NCBI GenBank assembly: GCA_951406725.2
Contig: OX597825.1
Coordinates: forward strand, 8,184,001-8,248,000
Reading direction: 5' to 3'
Length of the DNA stretch: 64,000 bases
DNA from: Octopus vulgaris
Taxonomy: Eukaryota
The notes under the pieces were generated by a model. It had not been told where the DNA came from. It was given only the letters and a program-made list of their open reading frames with translations, and made no database searches. Of the stretch, positions 28,341 to 42,039 are shown in pieces. Numbering within the stretch: the stretch's first letter is position 1; each line of letters starts with the position of its first letter. Both the position numbers and the translations under genes were made by a program.

Positions 28341-28637
28341 CAGAACCTGGAAGGCATGATTTAGTAGTAGTAGATAAAGAGAATAGAAAGTGCCAGATAA
28401 ATGACTTTACTGTTTCAAATGATGAAAACATTAGTATAGAAAAAATAGCAAAGTGCCGGGACCTAACTATTGAATTACAGAAATTACTATGGAAGGAACG
28501 GGTAAAATGTATCCCAGTAATTATAGGTGCATCGGGAATTATCCTTAAAGTTCGGAACTGATGCGTAGATGAAATAGGTATAAAACCCAGTTTAGTACAG
28601 CTCCGAAAGCAGTGTTATTAGGGACAACTAGGATGTC
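28339..28637 (+). mobile_element. R4/Dong-type non-LTR retrotransposon, restriction-like endonuclease (PD-D..K) domain remnant
   Basis: RHDLVVVDKENRKCQINDF...EKIAKCRDLTIELQKLLW...IPVIIGASG followed by QL.KAVLLGTTR matches the RLE signature RPDxVV...D...EKxxKYxDL..EL..LW...PVVIGALG...QKAVLLGT. Starts directly after the (TAA)n array. Confidence 0.85.
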
Positions 28638-28840
28638 CACTACACACACGCTCACACACACGCACATCGGCAACATTCATTTTCTTGAAAATGGGGTCAT
28701 AACCCCGAAATATTGAATAGAAGGTAAGTCTACATTAATTTATATATTTGTTTTCTTGTGATTTATCTTGCATTTACTTCCCATTGCTTTGGCCTTACCC
28801 ACGATCCTTTATACAATATATTCTACACAATGCTTCATAG

Positions 28841-28890
<50 letters not shown>

Positions 28891-28926
28891 CACACACACA
28901 CACACACACATATTATATACATATAA

Positions 28927-28964
<38 letters not shown>

Positions 28965-28989
28965 GTGTGTGTGTTTGTGTGTATTAACG

Positions 28990-29135
28990 TTATAAATAAG
29001 GGTATCTAAGATACACCACCAGACTTGAAATAGCAGTCAAAACGATAGCAAGTACTCCAGACAGCACAAGGTGAAACTACAAAAGGCAAATAAACTAGTA
29101 ACAATTGGATAATTCCAGAACCTGGGTTTCTGGTT
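28990..29135 (+). repeat. Dispersed repeat, copy 1 of 3
   Basis: ggtatctaagaNacaccac..cttgaaatagcagtcaaaa...ggataattccagaacctgggtttctg; matches 29555-29640 (direct) and 29689-29842 (inverted). Confidence 0.8.
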
Positions 29136-29242
29136 TTTTTTAAAAATATACTCAGCCGTTGTCAATGAAATACACTATGGATTGTACATAAATACACACA
29201 CATATATATGTAAACATGCGTATACTCTCGTGTACGCACATG

Positions 29243-29309
<67 letters not shown>

Positions 29310-29387
29310 GTGTATACAACAAAAATTTCAGTTGTCCATGTGCTATATTGTCAAAATATCACCGCAGTGAATATAATGACGAAGTGA

Positions 29388-29433
<46 letters not shown>

Positions 29434-29494
29434 ATATATAAAATATGTGTATAAAAAAGAATAAGATCATTATTTTAACTTACGATCAAATCAA

Positions 29495-29892
29495 GTGACT
29501 GCATTGGAAGAAAAAAAACCTTATAGGTTATAATAATTATAAAAATTATAAATAAAGGTATCTAAGAGATACCACTATGCTTGAAATGACAGTCAAAATC
29601 TGACTTTAAAACCACATCACGTATCCAATACAGCACAACTTTTATAGACAAATGTCAAATACACGGCAGAGTATATGTTTATAACAAGTCAGAAACCCAG
29701 GATCTGCAATTATCCAATTCTTACTAGTTCATGTGACTTTTGTCTTTTCACTTTTGTGCTGTATTGATAAGAGTTGATGTGGGTTTAGAGTCCGGTTTTG
29801 CTTGCTATTTCAAGCATGGTGGAATCTCTTAGATACCTTATTTACTTTAATAACTGTTATAACCTATAAGACTTTTTCTTCCCATGCTGCCA
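29495..29892. repeat. Inverted pair of the same repeat (~400-nt imperfect hairpin)
   Basis: 29495-29640 is reverse-complementary to 29752-29892 (gaagaaaaa..cttataggttataa / ttataacctataagactttttcttc; ggtatctaagag / ctcttagatacc). Confidence 0.85.
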
Positions 29893-29904
29893 CTACATTT
29901 TAAA

Positions 29905-29958
<54 letters not shown>

Positions 29959-30116
29959 CCACTACGCATTCTTTACTTTCTCTCTTTGTTTCTTTCTGTG
30001 GAAGAACGTAGGCTCGAAACATTAAAAACTTTTCACTTCCCGAGCGTTAAACTAATACATATCTTTGTTGTCTACATCACCTGTGTTCGTCTTTTGCTTG
30101 TTTTTGTGAATTCTCC

Positions 30117-30208
<92 letters not shown>

Positions 30209-30250
30209 ATGTCTATCTATCTATCTATCTTTCCATCTATCTATCTATTT
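30117..30250. repeat. (CTAT)n microsatellite
   Basis: Seen directly. Confidence 0.95.
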
Positions 30251-30449
30251 ATGTATATATCTATCAAGATAGATAAATATAGACAGAGAGAGAAAGAAAG
30301 TGAGAGAGAGTGAGAACGAGTAGGGAAGAGAGCCTCTGTAAACGGCAGAGGTCGAGAGTAACAAAAAGACCAGTGGGTTTTCACACAGCCCCCATATATA
30401 TTGTTATTGTTGTATTGCTACTAATACGAATGCAGTGTAGTAATGTTTG

Positions 30450-30710
30450 CTAACTGGTAAGATTTGTACATGTCACACTGACAAATATCGTTTGCACATG
30501 ACAGAACTTTGGAGCCAATATTTCTATGGTTGAATGTCGATAATAAAAGCGAGGTTTCTATCCATTCCACCATGTTAATCTCAAGAGGTAAAACGCATAT
30601 GTTTGTTAACGTAAGCAATGACATTGTTCTACACCTCAGAAGGTAAAACTCTTAACTGGGGAATCAGCTTCATGTACATTGTTGCGTTGCCCGGAAACCT
30701 GGAATGCTTT
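30450..30710 (-). mobile_element. Possible piggyBac transposase remnant
   Basis: Minus-strand FPGNATMYMK and NM/GGMDRNL..YYR loosely resemble the piggyBac FxGR...YxxxKP and YNxxMGGVD motifs. Confidence 0.25.
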
Positions 30711-31556
30711 TGTTATTCCGATATTTTGATAGTTTAGAAAGAGGAGTTTTGAAAGAGAAACGCTTAAACTCGAAGATTGAAGTATTTCCAATCACGTTTC
30801 TATTTTCATTCGCATCAAATTTACGTTCTTTATGACATTAAGTTCCTTTTGTTTTCTAAACCTTGAAAGCTGTAACTAGGTGCGAGCGATAACATCAAAT
30901 ACTTCGCCACTCAAATGCAATTTGAGTGAGATCGTGAAAGACAGAAACTTCTGAGCAACCAAATTTGTCATTCGTCACAAAGTTTCAAATCACTCTGGTT
31001 TAGGCTTCAGATATCTAACAAGTTTTATATAATTAATACTAGTCGTGTGTAATGGCTAATTAGAAGCAATTATAACCTGTTCTTAATGTAGGACCTGAAG
31101 CCATTTTAAGAAAATAGTTCAGCTTAAAAAAGAGTGTAAATTATATAGCCTCAAGGAAGAAAATCTATTACTTCCATCTCAGATTTTTTCCTACCAAATA
31201 TTCTACACGAAACGTTATAATTCAGTTCCTTACCGTAATATTTCTTAGGTCTCCTGGTGAGCATGTTGCCCTCTTCATTTGCCAAGTCAAAACGCCGAAA
31301 ATCACTAGTATTCTCGTATTTCACAACTTCTCTAAGAAAATAAGTAATTAGCAACCATTTCCGTACAAAATGTATGATTGTGGTCCAATAACTGAAATTG
31401 TAAATCCACCGGATTAAATAATGTATTGTATTCTGATTTTCACAGCTGAGATAGTATTTTAACAAATAATGTAGATACAGAAGTCTATATACGAGGAAAT
31501 TTATCCATAAATTAAAAATAGCTATTATTTAGGAATTTCATATAAGTACAAATGTA

Positions 31557-31758
31557 CGGTGGGGGGAAATAAATATTCGTAAATGTCAAAATTCTTTATT
31601 TATTTCATTTCTAATGAACATAAAATAGGATATACCAATACTATATTTGCATACGCATGTGTATGCAAATATAGCATTAGTATATCCCATTTATGTTCAT
31701 TAGAAATTAAATAAATAATGAATTTTGACATGTACGAATATTTATTTCCCCCCCTCTG
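31557..31758. mobile_element. Tc1/mariner-type MITE, 202-bp near-complete palindrome with TA TSD
   Basis: TA|cggtggggggaaataaatattcgta ... tacgaatatttatttccccccctctg|TA. Arms pair to the centre (tttgcatacgcatgtgtatgcaaa). Ends resemble Tc1 TIRs (CAGTGGGG..AAATAAGTATT). Confidence 0.9.
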
Positions 31759-32176
31759 TATATCTTGTCTATTACAAGGCTCATAATGATAACAGACGCA
31801 CTATTGCAATAGCAATTATTTATTGTAAGTCAATTGGTTAAGTGAAACGATATCGAACGTATGCATTTGTTATCATTATTCGTACAAGGACCCTCATCAG
31901 ACACAACAAAATTTGTTCTAAAACACGAATTCCCATCAAGCAAACGCACCCTGCTAAAGGAACAGGTACTTTGCATCCTAGGGATTGGAAGTACCAGCAA
32001 AAATGCTCATGAGATAATGTTGCCTAAGTTTGTAAGAAAATCATTCAGAGTTACAAAAATACTCTGTAGTACCAACTTTTTTACATAAAAAAGTGTATGG
32101 TATTTGCTTCTTTTCAAATGGAATTTTGTTTTACACTTCAGACTTAGTAAATGAGGTAGAGTTCAAAAGAAGTCCG

Positions 32177-32300
32177 TACACATTATTTACATTATTTTCA
32201 TTATTTTTTAAACGTTGTGCTAACAACAAACAAGATGAGGACAAATATCCGTCAAATGTAATTAATGTACATAATTATTCATCTCTTAAATATAGAACTG
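32177..32300 (+). mobile_element. 3' fragment of the hammerhead-bearing element, with inverted 5' piece
   Basis: aaacgttgtgctaacaacaaacaagatgaggacaaatatccgtcaaatgtaa...catctcttaaatatagaactg matches 53843-53933. Preceded by inverted acattatttacatt. Confidence 0.85.
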
Positions 32301-32385
32301 CTTAAATCCATTCACATCTAATTGAAGGCAAATGGAGAAACGAGAACATCTAAAAAGAAAGAACCTGAAAGTTACTAGTGAGAAC

Positions 32386-32590
32386 AGGTAGCGTGCTGTC
32401 AGAATTATTACAGTGCCGCAAAAAAATATATAGTGTCTGTTCTTCTGACTTTGAGTTCTGGCGCCGGGAGTGAGTTTGCCTTTCATTGTTTTGGCGTCGA
32501 TAAAATAAGTACCAGTAGAATATTGGGGTCGATGTAATCGACTTATCTTCTCCTCCTCCGAAACTTCTAGTCTTCTATTTGAAACCAATA
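32386..32590 (+). mobile_element. SINE family A-related, alternative 3' tail, old copy
   Basis: gcctttcat...gtcgataaaataagtaccagtag...ggggtcgatgtaatcgactta core; ends tttgaaacca. Confidence 0.8.
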
Positions 32591-32678
32591 TTGTTATATA
32601 GAGAAGAGAAACTTTATGTAGAGAAGAGTATTCTAAGTCCACCAGGCATATAATAGTCTTAATATTTTGACATACAAT

Positions 32679-32887
32679 GACGGCGAGATTGCCAAATCGT
32701 TAGCACCCAGGGCAGAAACCTTGGCTGTAGTTCGTGTTTCTTTATGTTTTTGGTTCAAACGCCCTAGGGGGCGACATCCATCCTTGTGGTGTTGATAAAA
32801 TAAGCAACAGTGGAGAACTGGAGTCAATTTAATCGTAGTAGGCCCTTCCATGAAATTGGTGGTTTTGTTTCAAAATTTAAAAACCAA
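32679..32887 (+). mobile_element. SINE family A-related, alternative 3' tail, old copy
   Basis: gacggcgagattgccaaatcgttagca head, catcctt..gataaaataag core; ends aaaatttaaaaacca. Confidence 0.7.
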
Positions 32888-33328
32888 AATTTTGCAATCA
32901 TACGGCATTTATTCTATGCACACGTTTATTAAAAATCCCGCTGAGAACTCTATCTGTTACAGAATAAAATGTAACCGTCATTGGCGTCTATTTTGTTTCT
33001 ACCTTCCTTGTCTATGATATTGCAATGAATAATGAAAATATGTGATCTGTTCAATCTTACCTGAATTATTTTAAAACAGTAAGGCATTAAGATGTTATTT
33101 CTCGGTTCGAGATAATATATACACTAATGGTAATGAGTTATCCTCCAGACAAATTAAGGAACCATAAATATGCTACTTAATTTGAGAAATATTTAAGCAG
33201 ACGTGAACACCGCATTATGCACACCTACCTATATACAAACCTACGTCCAGTACATACAAGCAAATATTGATGCATTCATATCCATACGCATTTACACACT
33301 CACCCAATATATTAATATATATATGCAT

Positions 33329-33329
<1 letters not shown>

Positions 33330-33385
<56 letters not shown>

Positions 33386-33445
33386 CTGAGAGAGAAAAGA
33401 GATGCTGATAGAGAGATACTGAGAGAGAGTGAGAGATAGAGGGAC
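33330..33445. repeat. (GA)n microsatellite
   Basis: Seen directly. Confidence 0.95.
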
Positions 33446-33645
33446 AGAAATGGGCAATGAGCAATTTATTGAAACAATACCTTCTTGAAAAACTTACCGT
33501 AAATTGCAATTCCGTAACGTGAAGCATATTTTCTTTTCATTTCCAGTTGACGTCTAAGTAAACATGGGACTTTGCCATTAAACATTGTGGCAAGATTTTA
33601 AAGATGATAATGAGTCTGTTAGGTCAACGAGTTACATATACATAC

Positions 33646-33706
<61 letters not shown>

Positions 33707-33709
<3 letters not shown>

Positions 33710-33913
33710 CTCCTTAACTTGATCAGTCATTTGACTGCGGCCATGCTGGAGCACCGCCTTTTAGTCGAGCAACTCGACCCCGGGACTTATTCTTTTTGTA
33801 AGCCCAGTACTTATTCTATCGGTCTCTTTTTGCCGAACCGCTAAGTGACGGGGACGTAAACACACCAGCATCGGTTGTCAAGCAATGCTAGGGGAACAAA
33901 CACAGATACTCAA

Positions 33914-33961
<48 letters not shown>

Positions 33962-34290
33962 CAAATGAGGGTGAAAAATTTGATATTAATTTAATAATAG
34001 CATCAATTTAACACCAAGTGGCTTAGCACATAAAACCAGGGATAAAATACAAATGTATACATAAAAGTCTGCACTAGAGTCGACCACATTGTGGTTACTC
34101 TCTCATATTTATATAAATATATATATATATATATACACATATATACGACAGGCTTCTTTCAGTTTCCGTCTACCAAATCCACTCGCAAAGCATTGGTCGG
34201 GGCTATAGCAGAAGACATTTGCCCAAGATGCCACGCAGTGGGACTGAACCCAGAACCATGTGGTTGGTTAGCAAGCTACTTACCACACAG
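33707..34290 (-). mobile_element. tRNA-derived SINE family B with internal (TA)/(TG) tract and nested ~150-bp insert
   Basis: Minus-strand head ctgtgtggtaagtagcttgctaaccaaccacatggttctgggttcagtccca (A/B boxes), CORE-like cttgggcaaatgtctt, internal microsatellite, and tail gctccagcatggccgcagtcaaatgactga. The tail is also seen at 58036-58118. Confidence 0.85.
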
Positions 34291-34916
34291 ATATTAAAAT
34301 TAATATAGGGTAAAATTATAGAAATGTTTTTTCTACCAGTGTCCTTGTAAGTACATAAAGTCAATAGACATATTTTTCATATAAAAATTAGTGTATATTT
34401 AAACGCAAAAGAGGTTTCACGTTCACACTCAAATTCCATTTGAGTAGCGAAGTATTTGATGTTCTCGCTCGCCTTACACACTAGAAGGAACAGTCATATA
34501 TATGCATTTATAACTGTGGTTTGAACTTTTGACTATTCCTTGTAGTAAGTAAGGCGACCTGTTATGGTTGACCTCTTTTGTGTTTAAATATATATATATA
34601 TATATATATTGATACTCACGCACACAGAACCACTCACTCACTCACACTCATACACACGCACACATCGATATAAATCGATGATATTATTCCGCATATATCA
34701 CTAAAACTTTACAAATCAAAGAGAAGAATGATTGTCGCTGAAAACTTTATTGTAAAAAAATGTTCACCTCCATCCTCACCCTCACACACGCGCGCACCGA
34801 CACGTTTGAATATATTATATGTAGACGTATAAACACACAAACAACGAACAGACCAATTGAATATACTTAGGTGAACTAACTTGTTATCATTCGGTTGACT
34901 GACTTAATGTTACTGA

Positions 34917-34951
<35 letters not shown>

Positions 34952-36461
34952 ATGTTTGTACATGACTTTAAAAAAATTTTGTTTATAAATATTATTTTAT
35001 AGCTTGTGGTGCAAAACCGGATATATTTTCGTTTAGTAACAACAACCATACAAATAAATACGCAACGCTAAATTCATTAGAGCTGTTCACAGTGAACTTT
35101 TCAATTTCACTTATGTGTTCGTGTAACTTAATAAAAATATAAGTTCACTGAGATCAAATACTCTTTTCACTGATTTTGTTTTTCCAGGAAAATTCATGTT
35201 AACGCATTAAACTATAGATGTAGAGAATATTTCAAATTAGTATCTAGTTGCGTGTTTTGGTGTTGATATACAGTTGAAGTTTCCTAGTTTTAATAAAGTA
35301 GAGAACTTTGGGTATTTGGAAAACATGGATGATCATATGGCTGATTGCCTTGTATTCTTGCATAGTTCATTACAAAAGCAATATACTGTTTCTTTCAACA
35401 TGAAAGCTTCGAATATCCCACGACAGATATCAGCGAAACACATTCCATTCGAATAACAGATTTAATTTGCTTGGAGATTATCTGTAGCTAGTCTCTCGAA
35501 TAACTCTGCTCTACGTAGGATTAACAGAAGCATTATTTGAGTCAAGTTAGAATTATAATTTCGTGAAAGCAGCTAAATATGTAGGATCCATGAAATCCCT
35601 CTGAACAAAAATAAAATTGTTCATAGGTACTGATGAAAAGGAAAATTTGAAACTAGTTTCCGAAATGCTTCTTATGTGGACAAGCTTTTCAGAATTACAG
35701 AATTGGAAAATCGATTATGTTAATATAGATTCCATTCGCAATGTGTATATGATGAACAAGATTAAAAAAAAGAACACTTGACAAAAAATGTTACGCATTA
35801 TGCTTATTTGATGTAATATGTTACAATAAAAATGTATGTGATGCAATTATTCATCTATGATACACAGACTTGCTCATCTCATTACATGATGGGGTGATGC
35901 ATATTTCACACAAAACAATACGACATGAGGGAAAGTTTGGAGATTGTAAAAGCGTCGACTTAATACAGGATGTATCCGATGTTTGCTACACAATAAATTA
36001 TAAAACAGTTTTAAAATGATGAATGCTTTGGAATCTCTATAAGTTATTATCTCTTCGTAATACGCAAAATAAGATAATCTAAAACTGCAAAAAAGGAGAA
36101 GATTACTGGTGTTTGCTTGCGGATTGAAATATGAATATTCAAAGTCATAGCTGGAATTGGCGTGCATAGCGTGCTGTAAAACACATTGTGTTTAAATCCA
36201 TGTGGTTCCACATGGATCATTCACGGTGATGGAATTTGCTGCTCAACATTCCTTGATCAATAAATCAAGTAAGACCAGTATTATTGTGTTGGTTTAGCTG
36301 ACTTTCCTTCTCTTCCTTAAATATTGGCATTCTGCCTCATCAAAATAAATCGATATTATGGATATGTACATCACAAACTACTACGCATAGACATCCATAC
36401 GCATACTGATACACAGTTATATGCATAAAATTTATATACATATATATATATATGTATATAT

Positions 36462-36505
<44 letters not shown>

Positions 36506-36526
36506 ATTCTTAAGAAAAATATAGCT

Positions 36527-36572
<46 letters not shown>

Positions 36573-36954
36573 GCCTGTTTATAAGCATTTATGTATCTGC
36601 GTGAATTTATATTTATGTAAATCCCATTAAATATATATTAACATAGAAAGCTAAATATATAACTCCATTTAAAGATCGCTCTCTCTCTCTCTCTTTCGTT
36701 CTCTCTCTCTCTCTCTCTCTGTATGCACGCTTTCAGACACACACACAAATGCATGTATACACACAAACACACATTCGATAAGCTGTACCTTTAGCAGAAA
36801 AGATCATATAAAGATGTTGAACATACGCAAATGTCTGCGTTTTACATGTGTGTATCCCTGACTGCGTGTGCACACATGTGAGTATATGCGTTGCTTCTCC
36901 TTCTATCTTAAGAACAAGGACTGTCATACCTCTACATGGATTTAAATATACATG

Positions 36955-37008
<54 letters not shown>

Positions 37009-37086
37009 GTAGAAATATGTTACAAAAAGCAAATATATATATATATGAACGTAGAGAGGTAGGTAGGTAGGTAGATGATAGACAAC

Positions 37087-37158
<72 letters not shown>

Positions 37159-37165
37159 CAGACAT
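37087..37165. repeat. (GATA)n microsatellite
   Basis: Seen directly. Confidence 0.95.
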
Positions 37166-37711
37166 ACATATCTTCGTTCATATTTATATGTCTGCTAGAG
37201 TGTGCGTTTTAGTCTACATGGTTTATATTTTCTAACAGACTGATATAACCTGATTTTTTTTTACTGTAAGCAACGTTGTTATATATCTAAATAATATCTA
37301 TAAGTTATTCGATTATATTTGACCTCTTCACACAGACGGCCGCTTACTATGTTCAATAAATCGATCATATTCATATTCCTTTAAATTATCTCAATTTTCC
37401 AGAAATTATTATGGAAAGGTCAAAGTAGAACGTGTGAAACAAAGGTAACACAGAACTACAGTAATATAATAACTTCCTGTAAGAAGGGAATGGTTTATTC
37501 AGAGAGACAAGACTTTCTACAACATAAAACAACACAAATATCATGGACAATAATAAATAGCTATGGTAAATATTAATGTTTAATATCATGCGTGTAACAA
37601 CACAAATCCTAAAATACAGATACATGCCCAAATACATACAATGATATACGTACGTATGCGTAGAGACATATATATATATACACATGCACATATACATACC
37701 TACACAAATGC

Positions 37712-37815
<104 letters not shown>

Positions 37816-37843
37816 CACACGCAGATATAGATACATACACAAA

Positions 37844-37894
<51 letters not shown>

Positions 37895-38370
37895 ATGTAT
37901 GTATGCATGCATATAACTACTTGTGTGTGTATGTAACCTCACATTCCCATTGGGATATATCCAATTTTTCAATCGATTCATATTTGTTTACATACGGATA
38001 TTAGATGATTAGACACACACACACACATACACATACACATACACACACACGCACACACACAGGCGTACACATAACTTACTGGATATATCTATGTACGTGT
38101 GCCTATGAGTGTGTGTATGTATTGATAATTGTGTTAATATTTTGTATATATGAGTGCGTGCGTATGTGTGTACATACGCATATATGTGCATGCATGTATC
38201 TATGTATGTATATTAATGTAGATCTTATCGTAACTATATATAGTCCTAGTACGAAGATTCTAAATGAATATACACACTTTTACCCAAACGCATTGAGAGA
38301 TAACTTAATGTATAAGCGTAATATATAAATATCTAGATATTGTTATAAATGTAAATGAATGTATATACAT

Positions 38371-38436
<66 letters not shown>

Positions 38437-38537
38437 CTGATAATGCTGATCAAACGATCGTAAAGACATCTGCGCACATATATAGACACATTCAGGCCTA
38501 TATCAGCTTACATATACACACACACGCACGCACACAC

Positions 38538-38598
<61 letters not shown>

Positions 38599-39859
38599 TG
38601 TGTGTGTGTGTAAAAGCACACATGTGTGTTTGTGTATGTTTAGTATTCCTTTGCCTTTGTGTATGTGCTTGTATACATAAATGGAGATATATTAAGAGAA
38701 ACCCTCATACATGAATGATTTTTAATATTTGAGCATTAATACTAACATTTATTTATGGATACATTCAATTGATTAGCCTTGTATAAACGGAACATTGTAT
38801 ACTCGCATCTTTACACACACACACACACTTCTATACACACATACACACACTGCTAGAGATATAAATCCACGTATATAAACACACGAACACGTACTCACAT
38901 ACCTATTTGAGTTGGTGTATATGTATATTACTTTTAAGCACAAAAGAATAATATACACTTTACGATTATGCTAGAAGCTGTTAATGTCGACTAATATATG
39001 CTTATATGTATTTAAAGGCGAGAGCTGCGAACTAAATAGCAGACGGTCTCTTTCATACACTTGTTTATGTCGTTTTAATCATTGTAATCTTCAGTTGGAA
39101 CCCAGAAAATATAATAAAGAAACGAATGTTAACATTATCTTTGTGGGTCCTGTGAAGTTGCATGAGACTAATACAGTATATTGATTTTGTATTGATTCAA
39201 GATTACAGATTTGTAATGGAGGGGGAAAATTCAATTCAATCGAACGTCGTACAATCCACCTTGATTTTTCAGGACAGCGGAAGGAAAAAGGAATATTTTA
39301 ACTCTGTAGTTCTTTGAACTCAGAATATCAAGGAATGGCACTAGATAATGTAGGTGTTACTGTAACGAATGTGCTAGTTTACTAAGCCTCACAAGTGCCA
39401 TGCATATTAACCTATATATGGTACTAAATTTCTGTGTGAATAATACATAGAGAGCAGCATAATTTAAGCAGTCCTGAATATAAATTGTTGTATGATGGTA
39501 TTCCTATGTATATTTGGATGTGGATTAACACTATTCATATTTCCTTCTTCAAAGCATTTTGCGATGTTGCGCAATTACAATTCCAGCTAAACGGATTTCA
39601 TCCCTGGGGCATATATGGTGGGGTGTGTGTCAAAATTTGCTTACAAGGAACTAATCCATGTCCTACAATAGATATTTGAAAATTTTTCCTTGCTCATGTA
39701 TATATTATTCGGATTAATTGCGCAGTTACATAGATGCTACTCAAATCTTTTGGTTCCTACCTCCACTGATATCTCTATACGCTTTCTGTAATTCACAATC
39801 ACAAACCACGTTTGCGCAAATTTGTGAATCGAAAAGAGAAAACCACTTCGTACGTTTTA

Positions 39860-39990
39860 TAATGGATTGCAGAAAGGGTGAAGTTATAAGCGAATACGAA
39901 TATGATATGTATGCTGACGCAAAAGTACTTTGCAGGTTTTGTAATAATCAGTTTGAATTAAATTGCAAATGAACATTTTGGGTGAGATCC
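39860..39990 (+). mobile_element. Possible hAT/CGGBP-like N-terminal zinc-finger remnant
   Basis: SEYEYDMYADAKVLCRFCNNQFE resembles the 'EY..DLYADG..LFCxFCN' start of CGGBP-related transposases. Short and isolated. Confidence 0.25.
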
Positions 39991-40273
39991 AAGGTCGACG
40001 TTAAGCAATTCACAAAATTTCTTCTTCTCTTCCATAGAAAGTAGAACAATTATCTTAGAGTCTGATAGCAGGATATTGCCTATTGTTCGAGTGGAAATTA
40101 ATCTTTCCCATTTCGACATGCTTTATGGCTAAGTACAGAGAGACACATGCGTTTGATATCTTACAAAAACATTGTTCTTAGAACTCTTCAGAACTTGGCG
40201 TTCACTCAACGTTCGCTCTCAAACATTAATTTTGCTTTTTTTCATCTGTATTGGAAAGTATGAAAATAAATAC

Positions 40274-40710
<437 letters not shown>

Positions 40711-42039
40711 TATTTATTGCTGGTAATCAAATTCATCATTTATAAGACAAATCAATGATACCGAGAACTATGATCTTGTGATAAGAAATATTAACGCAAG
40801 CGAAGTGGAGGAAGTGTAGTACGGTCTCTACATTTTCATACATTTCGTTAGACAGAAATACAAGACGAGTGTCAGTAACTTCGAAGTTTTCCATCCAACA
40901 TTTTGCATTCCACCATGCATTTTCCGAAACAACGGAAAAAAACCTTCACATTTATTCCAGAATTGACCACCTCACTCCTACCAATGTATATTATTGTAGA
41001 TTACACACGCGCACAGATACAACCATACACACAGAAACACATGTAAACACAAACAGTTAAGCCCCCGGCCCTCCTTCAAATAATGTGTTCCCCATTTATT
41101 TATCTAACCACCAAACTCCATCGCACCTCCATGAAGAGAACATAATAAGTCAATGTCTGAAAACCATGGTTGAGTATTTCAGTCAATAGAATTACAGCAT
41201 TTATTCAATTATGCAATGGAGATGAATAACGACAACCGTCATATATCAACATCCGGATATTTTCAGTTTGAAATTGCTAAAAATAATTTATATTGGTTTG
41301 TGACATTATGAACGATCGAATGATCTTGGGATTAAAGTACATACACCCAGTCATTATGACTAGAGCTGTATGCTCCACATCGCGGATTTTAAGATGCAAT
41401 GTCTATTTCCGCGAGACGGTAAACATAAACGCGACGATAATTCAAATGAGAATTTAAAGAGATCAAATCAAATCCATATTATAGTTCATCCGGCTGTCTT
41501 CTTGGGAGTCCTACTCCAATAATATAATTTCTTCAAATACAGGCAACTTATTACATCATATCAGAAATGTGTCTATTTCTGTTAAACTTACTGCATTAAA
41601 ATAAATGTAACTTAAATATTCGTACTTAACTTGCTGTTTCATGGCGAAGAATGTGTAAAGATATCAGATTTCAACTTTAGGACTTAGAGACGTGAAGCTA
41701 TTACTGTATTCCATGTTGCTGAAGATTGTACTTGCTTCGCTCTTTACAACACTTGTAGAAACTGAATAATAGAAATATAATTATTAAATGCATGGAATAG
41801 GGTAACTGCACTACCAAACGCTGTTATTGAAAATATATTTTTTTAGATGATTATATAACAACATATCTATTGCATGAAAAAACATACAGCATCGTAGAAT
41901 TTTATATAGAGTCTAATGTAATGTAGCTATGGCAGAACAATACAGAAATATGTTGGTGAATATTTCATGGAAATAAATAGTTTGGCAGCATTATTTTTAC
42001 AATACAGGTCCCAATATTCCATAATCTATTAGAGAGGTG

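Noticed and set aside
36196-36217. Perfect 10-bp inverted repeat atccatgtgg-tt-ccacatggat
   Set aside because: Isolated and short, with no associated element.
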